This document shows, one piece after another, positions 9,836 to 18,817 of a DNA stretch of 64,000 bases. A program made the translations under genes and the position numbers. Positions within the stretch are counted from its first letter, which is position 1; each line of letters begins with the position of its first letter. The notes under the pieces are model-generated. The model was not told where the DNA came from, made no database searches, and saw only the letters and a list, made by a program, of their open reading frames with translations. The DNA comes from Balneolaceae bacterium. GTDB taxonomy: Bacteria > Bacteroidota > Rhodothermia > Balneolales > Balneolaceae. The stretch lies in contig DASVCW010000045.1 in assembly GCA_036381435.1 (NCBI GenBank), forward strand, positions 54,616-118,615, read 5' to 3'.

Positions 9836-11080
9836 TCAACCCGACACCCCGTTTGTTACGTTATTAATATGAACAGTGAACTCTTGGTACAACCGCTGGT
9901 CGCGGCGAGCGCCCGGCCAGCAGATATTACCGCCGTATTCGTAACATTTTATATGGTTGGTGGTAAGTTGCCACAGCAAGCTGCCGTCGAGTTCAATCTT
10001 TTCTGCGTAAGCCCAGAGATGGTTATAAACCTCCAGGACGCTCTCATCACCCCAGCCAGAGAAGCCATATTCGCCCAGCACAAATGGTTTGCCCAGCTCA
10101 GCGGCAATTTTAGCGTGATCATAAATCCAGGCGCGTTGAGCTTTCAGTAAATCGGCATCGGCTTTATGGCCAAAGCCCCAGCCGTTCGGATACCAGTGGG
10201 CCGTTCCATAATCAATTTCCGGGATTGCGGTATTTAAAATGTAGCTGCTGCCAATACCCGACCTTAGCACATAAGTGTTGGAATATTGATCAACGGAATA
10301 GGGGGAAGCGGGGGAATTCATTTTCACTTCCTGACCTTCTTCACCGGTCGCAACCATGTGATTGGGATCGATGGATTTTATGTATTGAGCAATTTCGCGA
10401 TACCAGTCCCGCAATTCGGTAGGATCTCCATCAGGCAGGCGGCCTTCATTCATAATTTCCCAGGAAAAGATAGCCGGCTCGTTTTTATATTTCACTCCTG
10501 TTACGGTATTGGTGCGATTGAGTAACATTTTGATATAATTCTTATACCATCGCTGGGTATCCGGGTCGTTGATGAAATGCTTCATGCCTGCATCGGGATG
10601 TCCGTCCCACTCATTATACTGAGGTACGCCGCCTAATTCTTCCCAGTAATTTATCAGGGTGATGATAAAACGAATACCTCGTTTTTTGCCCATTGCGATG
10701 AGCTGATCAAGATAGCGCAGGTTTTCTTCACTGTAAGCACCGGGCCGGGGCTGCAAGGTGATGTCATTTTCGAACTGGGGAGGTCCGTCATAAAATCCCC
10801 AAGTTCTGACTACCGTAATTCCCGCTTTTTCAAAGATATCAAGTGTCTTTTCAACAAATTCAGGTTTTATTTTTTGATAGTTGGGAAGGTAATAGGCATT
10901 GGTACCTACAAAGCGAAATTTATGTCCGTTAATTACAAAATCATTGCCTTTGGCTTGTACAAAAGCGTCTGGAAATTTTTTAGTTAGCGGAACACTACTT
11001 TTAGCAGCCGGAGCTCCCTGATTAAACAACTGGATGAACAAAAGTAAAAGCGGTGCCAAATATGTCTTTAAAAAAGCCAT
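9836..11080 (-). CDS. GH5 glycoside hydrolase (mannanase-like), signal peptide without lipobox
   Basis: Hydrophobic N-terminus without Cys; 'FVGTNAYY', 'WEIMNEG', 'VLGEYG'. Confidence 0.88.
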   Translation of the reverse strand: MAFLKTYLAPLLLLFIQLFNQGAPAAKSSVPLTKKFPDAFVQAKGNDFVINGHKFRFVGTNAYYLPNYQKIKPEFVEKTLDIFEKAGITVVRTWGFYDGPPQFENDITLQPRPGAYSEENLRYLDQLIAMGKKRGIRFIITLINYWEELGGVPQYNEWDGHPDAGMKHFINDPDTQRWYKNYIKMLLNRTNTVTGVKYKNEPAIFSWEIMNEGRLPDGDPTELRDWYREIAQYIKSIDPNHMVATGEEGQEVKMNSPASPYSVDQYSNTYVLRSGIGSSYILNTAIPEIDYGTAHWYPNGWGFGHKADADLLKAQRAWIYDHAKIAAELGKPFVLGEYGFSGWGDESVLEVYNHLWAYAEKIELDGSLLWQLTTNHIKCYEYGGNICWPGARRDQRLYQEFTVHINNVTNGVSG

Positions 11081-11145
11081 AATGAATAATCGAATTTAAG
11101 GTTCAGAATAAGAAACTGATTTGTTTATATTTATTTTTTTGTCAA

Positions 11146-11315
11146 TCAACGTGAATTCGATACAAAAAATGGCTTCCAAAAGAGGTCTCAGCTTGGGGGT
11201 GTTCAGGTCGAAGTTCGCCACCCGGACACCTCGAATGGCACATTGTACGCTTTGCCATTCACTCCTGCCGGCTGACGGAAAGACCTTTCCTTCTCTGATC
11301 TCGACCTCACGTTAA
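11146..11315. mobile_element. family B-type terminal inverted repeats enclosing a different, highly structured cargo
   Basis: tcaacgtgaattcgata ... gatctcgacctcacgttaa flank a GC-rich multi-stem sequence. Confidence 0.55.
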
Positions 11316-11350
11316 CTATAAAACCGTTTCAGCTTATATCAATTTCATGT

Positions 11351-12388
11351 TTATTTAGGTGATACATTCTGGTAAATAAATTCTTTATAAAAGGATGGAG
11401 GTATTACATTATATCCTCTCTTAATTTTTTCAATTTGTGAAGGTTCTAATTCATAGCTCCATTTATCAATTTCCTGCCGGCTTATTCGCTTTGTACTATA
11501 GCCTTTCCCTTTTTTATTTAAAGCATCAATCTTATCATCAATCGTATCAGACCAGTCAAGGTTTAGCTGTTTATATAGTTTCTTGAATTTCTGTTTAGGA
11601 TGTAAACATACATCCTCGTGCTTAACCACACTCCAATCAGGATTTTCCTTTATTTGGCAGGCTAAAATATAGTAGAAGATCGCTACCTGTGCGCCGGCTT
11701 TTTCCAGGGGGTCTTTTAAGGCATAAATTTTATCAATATATGGTTGAAGATAATCATCAACCAGCGCCTTTTGAATGATGAGATTTCTGTTAATATCAGG
11801 ATTCTTGATTCTTAAATGACTGGATATGATACTTGCGGGATGCCGGAGAATGATTAAAACTTTTGTGTTAAAAACGGATCGAAGGTTTGCTAATGCAAGC
11901 AGACAATGAACCGATTTAATCAGCGGGATTTTTTTGTGCCTGTTGAACCTTACAAAAAGTTGAAGAAAGGTATAAAACATCGTTGCCAGCTTTAGGCGTA
12001 AGTTTTGGCTTGTGGTTTGTATCCGTATGCTATTTGCAGTTGCTTGCTCAGGATTGCACTTTTGGTATATTTCACGCTCGGCTGTAGCTAAATTTATATT
12101 TAACAGTTTTTTTATAGCCAGGCTTGGTTTCGAATATTCATGGATATAATGGTCGGAAATCGCTTTCCTAAAAATGGTGTATAACCCATTATTACTGTTA
12201 TCGGCTTTTAAGTAGGGAAAGCGGTGCAAATGCTGCTTGTGTATATAACCCAGAAGATTATTATGTTCATTATCCGGTTCATAGTAACCCTTAACTTTAT
12301 CGGAATAACACAAAACTTCTGCAATCCATGAAGTGCCGGATCTGGGAATACCGGTTACTAAAATCATATCCCTTTTTTCTTTTTCCAT
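11351..12388 (-). CDS. PAPS-dependent sulfotransferase
   Basis: 5'-PSB loop 'GIPRSGTSW' and 3'-PB 'IILRHPASIISS'; start placed at ATG 12388 (ORF track uses GTG 12409; ATG 12367 also possible). Confidence 0.85.
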   Translation of the reverse strand: MEKEKRDMILVTGIPRSGTSWIAEVLCYSDKVKGYYEPDNEHNNLLGYIHKQHLHRFPYLKADNSNNGLYTIFRKAISDHYIHEYSKPSLAIKKLLNINLATAEREIYQKCNPEQATANSIRIQTTSQNLRLKLATMFYTFLQLFVRFNRHKKIPLIKSVHCLLALANLRSVFNTKVLIILRHPASIISSHLRIKNPDINRNLIIQKALVDDYLQPYIDKIYALKDPLEKAGAQVAIFYYILACQIKENPDWSVVKHEDVCLHPKQKFKKLYKQLNLDWSDTIDDKIDALNKKGKGYSTKRISRQEIDKWSYELEPSQIEKIKRGYNVIPPSFYKEFIYQNVSPK

Positions 12389-12469
12389 ATGTAATATTGC
12401 TAAGTGCACCAGTTCTCTTGTTGAAGATGGTTTTACTGAATTAAGAGCGTTAAAATGAATCTAACCGAA

Positions 12470-12654
12470 GGCCATCCTCCGGACCCCCTTCGAAGGGGAT
12501 GTAGGCTCCGCTGATGATATCAGCGGATTGGCTAATAGCATTAGTCACAAAAAAATTAGAATGACCAAAATAAGAATTATTGTAAATAATTCGGTTTAGC
12601 TCTCCCTTTTTCCAAATGAATCCCTACGGGAGAAGGGGGACTAAGGGGATGGCC
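12470..12654. repeat. family A modular palindromic element
   Basis: ggccatcc...ggatggcc ends with the same three internal hairpin modules as 4674..4849. Confidence 0.8.
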
Positions 12655-12690
12655 AAATCGCAAGTTCAACAACCATTTTTTACCCCTTAC

Positions 12691-13899
12691 TTACTTAAAA
12701 GCAGATTTTTTAACGGCCTGAAGCAGGGGATCATTGACTTCACGCAAACGACTTTGAAAATAAGCGCCTCCTAATTCCCAAAGCATCACCCCGCCCAGCC
12801 TTTCTCTTTTCACGTATTCAATTTTATGTTCGATTGATCGTTCATTTTCAAAAGAAATAAAAGCCATCGGTTCTTCAAGATTTAAATAGGGAACTTTAGC
12901 ATGTTCATCCCATAAAGCCTCATCAAGGTTGAACCGGCGGCTAAGTTCGGTAAACGGGATGCCTTCGGGACGCTCGAAAATTGAGGTGTCTTGTAAGGGC
13001 CAGCTTTCCCATTTTCCCATAAAATGAACAGAATTCCATCGATAGCCATAAAAATTGATTCCGATGCCGATTTTGTTTCGCTCAATGCCCAAGTCAATGG
13101 CTTGCTCAATTATTTGACTTATACTCGGGAAAAGCTGCTGAGAGTTTTCAAAATTATATTTTTGGTTAAATAAAGCCGAATTATGCCACGCTTGCCAGCC
13201 TCTTAAGGGCTGAGCCATGTTATAAGTCATTATGTTTATCTGCTCAAAATAATCCTGAAGCGACGCATGCAGGCTAAGGGCGCTTACGTTGGCTGATGTA
13301 GCCGCCGTTATCATTAATTCTTCATCTCTTATATTTTCAAGAGCAGTAAAAGTAGCATCCAACTGGATTACAAGCTGCCGGTAATTATCATAGTCGCTTT
13401 CTTCGAGCGGATTCATGTTTAAACTGACACCGTCAAAATTATAAACAGTGATCATATTTATGATAGTGTCAATAAGCTGAGCCCGGTTAGTATCGTTAAT
13501 AGCACTGCTAAAGCCATCGTAATTATCGCGGCCGCCTACGGCAAACAGAATTTTAGTATCATTGGTATGGGCGGCAGGCACAATAGATCGTAACTTAGCC
13601 GCATTGAAAACAGCATCAGAATCAAGGCTGTCTTCCGGTGTTCCGTCAGGTGCGACAGACAGCGTAAAATATGTTAAATGCGTCATTGCGTCCCAGTCGA
13701 TATTTCCTGTGCCGATGGAACCGTTGGCCGCGTTAATACCAATATTATGTTGCCGGGCCGCGAGATAACCGTTTACCCAGATACCTTCATTTCCGGTGAT
13801 ACCCGAATTATTTTGAAAAAGACCACAAGACGTAACGATTAAAGCAGTACAGACTGCTAAAATGCTTTGCATAATCGTCTTGAGATACATTTTTTCCAT
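12691..13899 (-). CDS. GH18 chitinase-fold lipoprotein, catalytic motif degenerate
   Basis: Lipobox 'LIVTSC'; 'KILFAVGG', 'IMTYNM', 'GINFYG', 'KIEYVKRERLGGVMLWELG'; DxDxE motif reads 'FDGVSLNMN'. Confidence 0.85.
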   Translation of the reverse strand: MEKMYLKTIMQSILAVCTALIVTSCGLFQNNSGITGNEGIWVNGYLAARQHNIGINAANGSIGTGNIDWDAMTHLTYFTLSVAPDGTPEDSLDSDAVFNAAKLRSIVPAAHTNDTKILFAVGGRDNYDGFSSAINDTNRAQLIDTIINMITVYNFDGVSLNMNPLEESDYDNYRQLVIQLDATFTALENIRDEELMITAATSANVSALSLHASLQDYFEQINIMTYNMAQPLRGWQAWHNSALFNQKYNFENSQQLFPSISQIIEQAIDLGIERNKIGIGINFYGYRWNSVHFMGKWESWPLQDTSIFERPEGIPFTELSRRFNLDEALWDEHAKVPYLNLEEPMAFISFENERSIEHKIEYVKRERLGGVMLWELGGAYFQSRLREVNDPLLQAVKKSAFK

Positions 13900-13926
13900 C
13901 TTTATTTATGTTCTTCCTAACCATGA

Positions 13927-15864
13927 TTAAAAGTACGAGATGGTAGGTTCGTTCAAATGTTTTGAAATTTTATTTTTAGCTTCGGTACCGTTTAAAATAC
14001 TTTTTAAGCGTATGTGCAGACGTTTTATCGTTATCCCTTTGGCTTCTGCCAGCTTTTTCATACGGTTAAAGTTTTCGGCTTTAATATCCTCATCGCATAT
14101 AAAAATGCAGTCCACTTCCATATTTCGCAGCGTCTTCGAGAGTTTCCAGTAGCCGCCCAAAACCGGGTAGCCGTAGATTAACTTTCCTTCCATATCGCAG
14201 TCGTCATCCAGAAAACCAAGCACTTTAAATTTACTGTTCGATGAATTATTGATTTTATGCAAAATCATCGTTCCATTTTCATTAGCGCCGTAAATGAGTA
14301 CGTTTTCCCCCGTTTTTTTATAACGGTTAAACCAGTAGCTTAAAGCCTGGTAGGCAATGCGAATTCCTAAGGTGAAGGTCAGCAGGAGGTAAAAATCGAG
14401 GACCAAAAACTGGAGTGCCGAGATAAAGGGAAATCCATCCATCACAAGAAGGGCACAAGCGGTTCCGAAAACGGCATAAACGACCGAAGAGGTAATTTTT
14501 AACACATTGCCAATACCCATTTGTTTAATTTTTTCACGGTAGAGGCCTGTTATCCAGAAGGTAAAGAGCTGGACGGAAATCACCATAATCATGACCTGTT
14601 CAAAATTCAGAAACTGTACTGAAGACGGGTTGATGCTGTATAAAAGCTTATAGCTTAGCATATAAGAAGCGGCAACAAAAATGAGATCAATCAAACCTAA
14701 GAACATCGCGCGGTTTAAAATCCACCGCTCATAAATGGGCAGCATCATCCCGTTATTAAAAATGGCAATTTCACGATAGCGCAGTTTTTTTATACCATGG
14801 AAAAGCACAAATCCCAGCATCAGCCCGATAATCAACAGCATTTCTATATTATCAACTTGAGTGATGGCAAAAGCACCCAGCGCAAAAAAAGCGGACACAA
14901 AATAAAGCAGCAATACGGTGTTTCTGTGGGTTAGCCCCAGGGAAAGCAGCTGGTGATGAATATGGGAGCTATCGGGCGTAAACATTTCATGAAGTTTGCC
15001 GGCCAAAGATTTGGACTTCTCTTTTGACCGCTCGGGCATATATCCCCCTAAGAATCTCCGTAGCATCGAAATTAAAGTATCGGTGATGGGAAATCCAAGT
15101 ACGAGCATGGGAAAGAGCAGAGCAAAACCGGTAGAAATTTTAGTAGTGCTTTGAATAGACATTAGCGCCATCGAAAAGCCGATAAACAGGCTCCCCGAAT
15201 CACCTAAAAATATTTTGGCGGGGCTAAAATTATAGCGCAGAAAACCGACTAAAGCCCCTGCCATAACAAGCGCTAAGGCAGCGATTAAAAATTCACCTGA
15301 AAGAGCGGAAACCGTAAATATGGATATACTGGCGATGGTAGCAACACCCGAGGCAAGTCCGTCAAGGCCATCAATCAAATTAAAGGCATTGGTGATGCCT
15401 ACAATCCACAAAAGGGTGAGGGGAAAGTCGATCATTTCGACATTCAGCATTCCGCTTCCCACGGGATTTGTGATATTTGATATTTTAAAACCGGCGAAAT
15501 AAACAGCGGCTGCTATTATAAACTGGACGCCGAATTTTATGCCCGGTTTTAAAGGTTTAAGGTCATCCCAAAAGCCTAAAAGAAAAATGCCTAAGAAGCA
15601 GAACGGGATGATATATACTTGCCAATCGGCAGCTTCTAAATGACTGGCAAGCTCCGGAAAAATGATAAAAATCAAACCGACAGACACGATGGCACTGCTA
15701 AAAACAGCTAAGCCACCCAGTCGCGGTGTTACCGAGGTATGAATTTTTCGTCCACCGGGATTATCAACGGCATTAATTTGCAGGGCAAATTTAACAACCC
15801 AGGGTGTTATTATGAGAGACAGAATAACAGGTATGATGAACGATGTAATAAATTCTGCAGACAT
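13927..15864 (-). CDS. WecA/TagO (MraY-like) undecaprenyl-phosphate sugar-1-P transferase fused to extra TM helices and a Rossmann-like domain
   Basis: 'RKIHTSVTPRLGG', 'LGFWDD', 'NAFNLIDGLDGLA', 'FLGDSGS', 'HIHH'; C-terminal 'VLIYGANENG...LGFLDDD...GYPVLG'. Confidence 0.88.
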   Translation of the reverse strand: MSAEFITSFIIPVILSLIITPWVVKFALQINAVDNPGGRKIHTSVTPRLGGLAVFSSAIVSVGLIFIIFPELASHLEAADWQVYIIPFCFLGIFLLGFWDDLKPLKPGIKFGVQFIIAAAVYFAGFKISNITNPVGSGMLNVEMIDFPLTLLWIVGITNAFNLIDGLDGLASGVATIASISIFTVSALSGEFLIAALALVMAGALVGFLRYNFSPAKIFLGDSGSLFIGFSMALMSIQSTTKISTGFALLFPMLVLGFPITDTLISMLRRFLGGYMPERSKEKSKSLAGKLHEMFTPDSSHIHHQLLSLGLTHRNTVLLLYFVSAFFALGAFAITQVDNIEMLLIIGLMLGFVLFHGIKKLRYREIAIFNNGMMLPIYERWILNRAMFLGLIDLIFVAASYMLSYKLLYSINPSSVQFLNFEQVMIMVISVQLFTFWITGLYREKIKQMGIGNVLKITSSVVYAVFGTACALLVMDGFPFISALQFLVLDFYLLLTFTLGIRIAYQALSYWFNRYKKTGENVLIYGANENGTMILHKINNSSNSKFKVLGFLDDDCDMEGKLIYGYPVLGGYWKLSKTLRNMEVDCIFICDEDIKAENFNRMKKLAEAKGITIKRLHIRLKSILNGTEAKNKISKHLNEPTISYF

Positions 15865-15891
15865 AAATTTTGAATTACGCTATTTATTTTT

Positions 15892-16728
15892 TTACAGAAA
15901 TAATTTATTTCCATCAAATTCATAAGGCAGCTGCCAGCTCATTGAAAAGGGCAAGTGCTTGCATTCAATGGTTTTTCCATAAGATAAAATAGCCCCTTGC
16001 AGAATGGCATTTTTAAGCTGCCTTATGTTTCCGGGCCAACTGTATTTAAAGCATTCGCAAAGGGCCTGAGCCGATATACTAAGATTTTTCCATTCACTGT
16101 TTTTCTTTTTTATTTCATCAATAAAATGATCAATAAGAACGGGAATATCTTCTTTTCGTTCGCGCAGCGGCGGCAGCATAACCACCATGGGATCTAACAA
16201 ATCCAGTATTTTGTCCCATAGGGGGGTATCGAAAATTTTGTTAAAAGATTCCTGGTTGAATGAAATAACCAGCCGCGGAATATGCGTCGTATCATAGCGG
16301 AATAACTGCTTGCTGCCTTTCAAAAATGATTTAAGGATGTTGAGCATAAACGCCGGCGGTAATTCCGAGAATTGATCCAGATATAAAATCCCACCGCTGG
16401 CTTTCTCAATGGCATCATATTTCAGAGTGATGTGTTCTTCCTCAAACTGCAAGTGTCCCCAGAAAGCATCTTTGTAGCGCTCTTCATCTACATCTACACA
16501 GTAAAATGAATAAAAAGGGCCGTTTGCGCGGTAGCTGTTTTCATGAATGATATGTGCCAGACGCTTTTTGCCGGAGCCTATTTCACCTACTACAATGGCA
16601 TTTGAGCTCAGTTTTGCCAAGCTAAGAATTTTGTAGAAAATATCACGCATCAACACACTGCGTGATGATTTTTCAACATCGGTTAATTGAGATTCCTGGA
16701 GGTGATTATGTGAGGGAGAAGCAATCAT
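15892..16728 (-). CDS. degenerate sigma-54 activator-like AAA+ domain (pseudo-bEBP), no HTH
   Basis: Walker A 'GEIGSGKK', 'PPLRERKEDIP' and 'WPGNIRQLKN' present; GAFTGA absent, Walker B reads 'LYLDQ', no Fis HTH. Confidence 0.85.
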   Translation of the reverse strand: MIASPSHNHLQESQLTDVEKSSRSVLMRDIFYKILSLAKLSSNAIVVGEIGSGKKRLAHIIHENSYRANGPFYSFYCVDVDEERYKDAFWGHLQFEEEHITLKYDAIEKASGGILYLDQFSELPPAFMLNILKSFLKGSKQLFRYDTTHIPRLVISFNQESFNKIFDTPLWDKILDLLDPMVVMLPPLRERKEDIPVLIDHFIDEIKKKNSEWKNLSISAQALCECFKYSWPGNIRQLKNAILQGAILSYGKTIECKHLPFSMSWQLPYEFDGNKLFL

Positions 16729-17729
16729 CTTATTTGACCGAGGTGTAAAGTTAAAGTTAACTGATGAAAACGCTCATACAAATCATTATCATAAGAGATG
16801 GCGTAGTCTAATTCTATGAAATCACTGATAATACCTATTCCAAATCGCGGGGCCACAACCTCTGTTGCAGATTGAATCATAATGCCCGCCCGCAACGATA
16901 AAAAAGACCAGGGCCGGGCATCTACACCTGCTTTATACCAGATACCGTCCAGGCCAAACCTTTTCTCATTAGCCATTGAAATAACCATATAAGGATCGCG
17001 GGTGTTGACCGGAAAGCGCATAGTAGCGCCCAGTTCCAGAACCTCCCGTAAATTTTGACTTACAAGGGCTGTACGTCCTCCCGAAATAAATCGGTAAATC
17101 ACACTTCTTCCGAGTCCGCGGAATGATAAACCATAACTGACAGACTGAGACGGCGAGTATAAAAGGCCTAAAGTAACAAAGGATGTCCAGTACTGAGCCT
17201 GGCTTTCGTTATTGTTTTGGGCAAACGAAATATTATTCATAATACCCAGGCTTAAAACTCCGTCAATGGTATAAGCGTAAGCCAGGTCTAATTGATATTG
17301 AGTGATGCTTGGCTGAGGCAAGGGGCTTGTTCCCAAGAAATTAGTGGCTGTTATTCCACCGTGATGCATGCCAAATTGTGCCGCAAAAGTGTGCTGAGAT
17401 GAAGCAAAAAGTGGAAAAGTTATATTTTCCAGCATCAGGTTATTGTTCCAGTTTTGGTATATATTAAACTGTACTGCATTTAAATTTTTGACGAATGCGA
17501 GCGAAGCGGGATTCATGTTGATAGCCATCAAATCATGAATCCCTGCTACGGTGGCATTTCCCAGAGCAGTAGTTCGGGCGCTGAATTTATAAACGCGTGG
17601 CGCTCCCCTGATGCCGCTCTCTGTATTGGTAGGATCCGTAATTTGCGCTTTTGATTCTGCAGGAAAAATAAAGGCAAAGAGAATGCTGAGGCTTAAAAAA
17701 AGACAATATTTCAAAAATATTTTCATCAA
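16725..17729 (-). CDS. PorV/FadL-like outer-membrane beta-barrel protein
   Basis: Signal peptide, 'SARTTALGNATVA...MNPASLA' resembling the PorV N-terminal motif, then alternating amphipathic beta-strand pattern; 4-bp overlaps with both neighbours. Confidence 0.65.
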   Translation of the reverse strand: MMKIFLKYCLFLSLSILFAFIFPAESKAQITDPTNTESGIRGAPRVYKFSARTTALGNATVAGIHDLMAINMNPASLAFVKNLNAVQFNIYQNWNNNLMLENITFPLFASSQHTFAAQFGMHHGGITATNFLGTSPLPQPSITQYQLDLAYAYTIDGVLSLGIMNNISFAQNNNESQAQYWTSFVTLGLLYSPSQSVSYGLSFRGLGRSVIYRFISGGRTALVSQNLREVLELGATMRFPVNTRDPYMVISMANEKRFGLDGIWYKAGVDARPWSFLSLRAGIMIQSATEVVAPRFGIGIISDFIELDYAISYDNDLYERFHQLTLTLHLGQIR

Positions 17730-18442
17730 TTAACTACTCTAAAAATTCCAAATAACAGAACAATATCTCGCAGAAACTGCGAGGTTTCCCGGATTACATT
17801 TTGTTCTTCTGGCACGTAAACTACATCGCCGGGGTAAACTACTGCCGCGGGATTAGCGCGCCCTCCATCCAAATATTGGGTTAAATCGATAGTAACATTA
17901 TGTAAATCTTCCATTGACCCCGAAGGTTTTCTGTAAATTCTAACATTCCTGAGATCGGCTTGTTCTGATGGCCCGCCCGCCATAGAAAGAACTTTAAAAA
18001 GGGATGCCTTATCTACGACCGGATAATTATCGGGCCGGCTTACCATCCCAAAAACTGATACCAGCATATCATCGGTGCTGCGAACAGAAACCGTTAGATT
18101 GATGTCGCTTTTAATATAGCGCGAGAGCTCCTGTCTTAGTTTTTGTTTAAGTTCATCATTTGTCATACCGGCAACGTTAATTTCACCAATTAACGGCATA
18201 ACAATGGTGCCCATACTTGATACGGTAGTTGAGGTATTAAAATTTGGCTGCTGCCATACCAGAATTTCAACTTGATCACCCGGACTGATTTCATAGAGTG
18301 AATCTACCGGTGCTACATAAATTTGTTCTTCAGTCAGCTCCCGGGCAGTTTTTTCCTGAATATTCCGTGAAGAGATACATCCCTGTAGCAGCAGATAAAA
18401 GCTTGCAACAGCACATAGTTTTAAAATAGTTGTAGTTCTCAT
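17726..18442 (-). CDS. wza: polysaccharide export (OPX/Wza-family) lipoprotein, short form
   Basis: Lipobox 'LLLQGC'; PES motif 'YEISPGDQVEILVW...GTIVMPLIGEINVAGMT'; SLBB 'GMVSRP...AGG...ADLRNV...PGDVVYVP'. Confidence 0.9.
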   Translation of the reverse strand: MRTTTILKLCAVASFYLLLQGCISSRNIQEKTARELTEEQIYVAPVDSLYEISPGDQVEILVWQQPNFNTSTTVSSMGTIVMPLIGEINVAGMTNDELKQKLRQELSRYIKSDINLTVSVRSTDDMLVSVFGMVSRPDNYPVVDKASLFKVLSMAGGPSEQADLRNVRIYRKPSGSMEDLHNVTIDLTQYLDGGRANPAAVVYPGDVVYVPEEQNVIRETSQFLRDIVLLFGIFRVVN

Positions 18443-18500
18443 CTTGTTGATTATGTATTCGGCTTATAATTATTAAAGCTTGGCATTTTCTTAAGGAGTG

Positions 18501-18518
18501 TTACAACAAATGTGCCAA
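18501..18518 (-). promoter_or_regulatory. sigma-54 -24/-12 promoter for the wza operon
   Basis: TTGGCACATTTGTTGTAA on minus strand, about 60 bp before the wza ATG. Confidence 0.7.
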
Positions 18519-18817
18519 TCTAATTTTTATAACTTATTTACCGTTTAAAATTAGTTTAAATAGATCTTATTTCTCCTATATGTCATCCGGTGGCCTTGAA
18601 CTCCGGGGAAGATAGGCTTTCAAATATGATAAAGGCAGGTATCGAAATTAAGGTAAAAGCGGTATCAGTGTTTGAGATCGCTTACATCCGTTCCGGATGA
18701 CTTAAGGAGGAGATTTTTAAGGCGGTAGACAGGTAGTCTTATAAATAAAAGGGATTGTAGCCAGAGGGAGAAGCCATAAGAGAGGTAATTCAAGCAGAAA
18801 AGAGAAGGTGTTTATTG

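Noticed and set aside
5069-11080. Recent gene conversion among the GH5 paralogs
   Set aside because: Identical peptide blocks are encoded with many synonymous differences, indicating purifying selection rather than recent copying.
11170-11290. Known riboswitch (c-di-GMP, c-di-AMP, TPP, SAM, cobalamin) or SRP RNA
   Set aside because: The consensus cores I recall do not match in order on either strand; kept only as an unknown structure.
7196-12690. Sigma-54 promoters upstream of the GH5 and sulfotransferase genes
   Set aside because: Candidates lacked the GG dinucleotide or had wrong GG-to-GC spacing.
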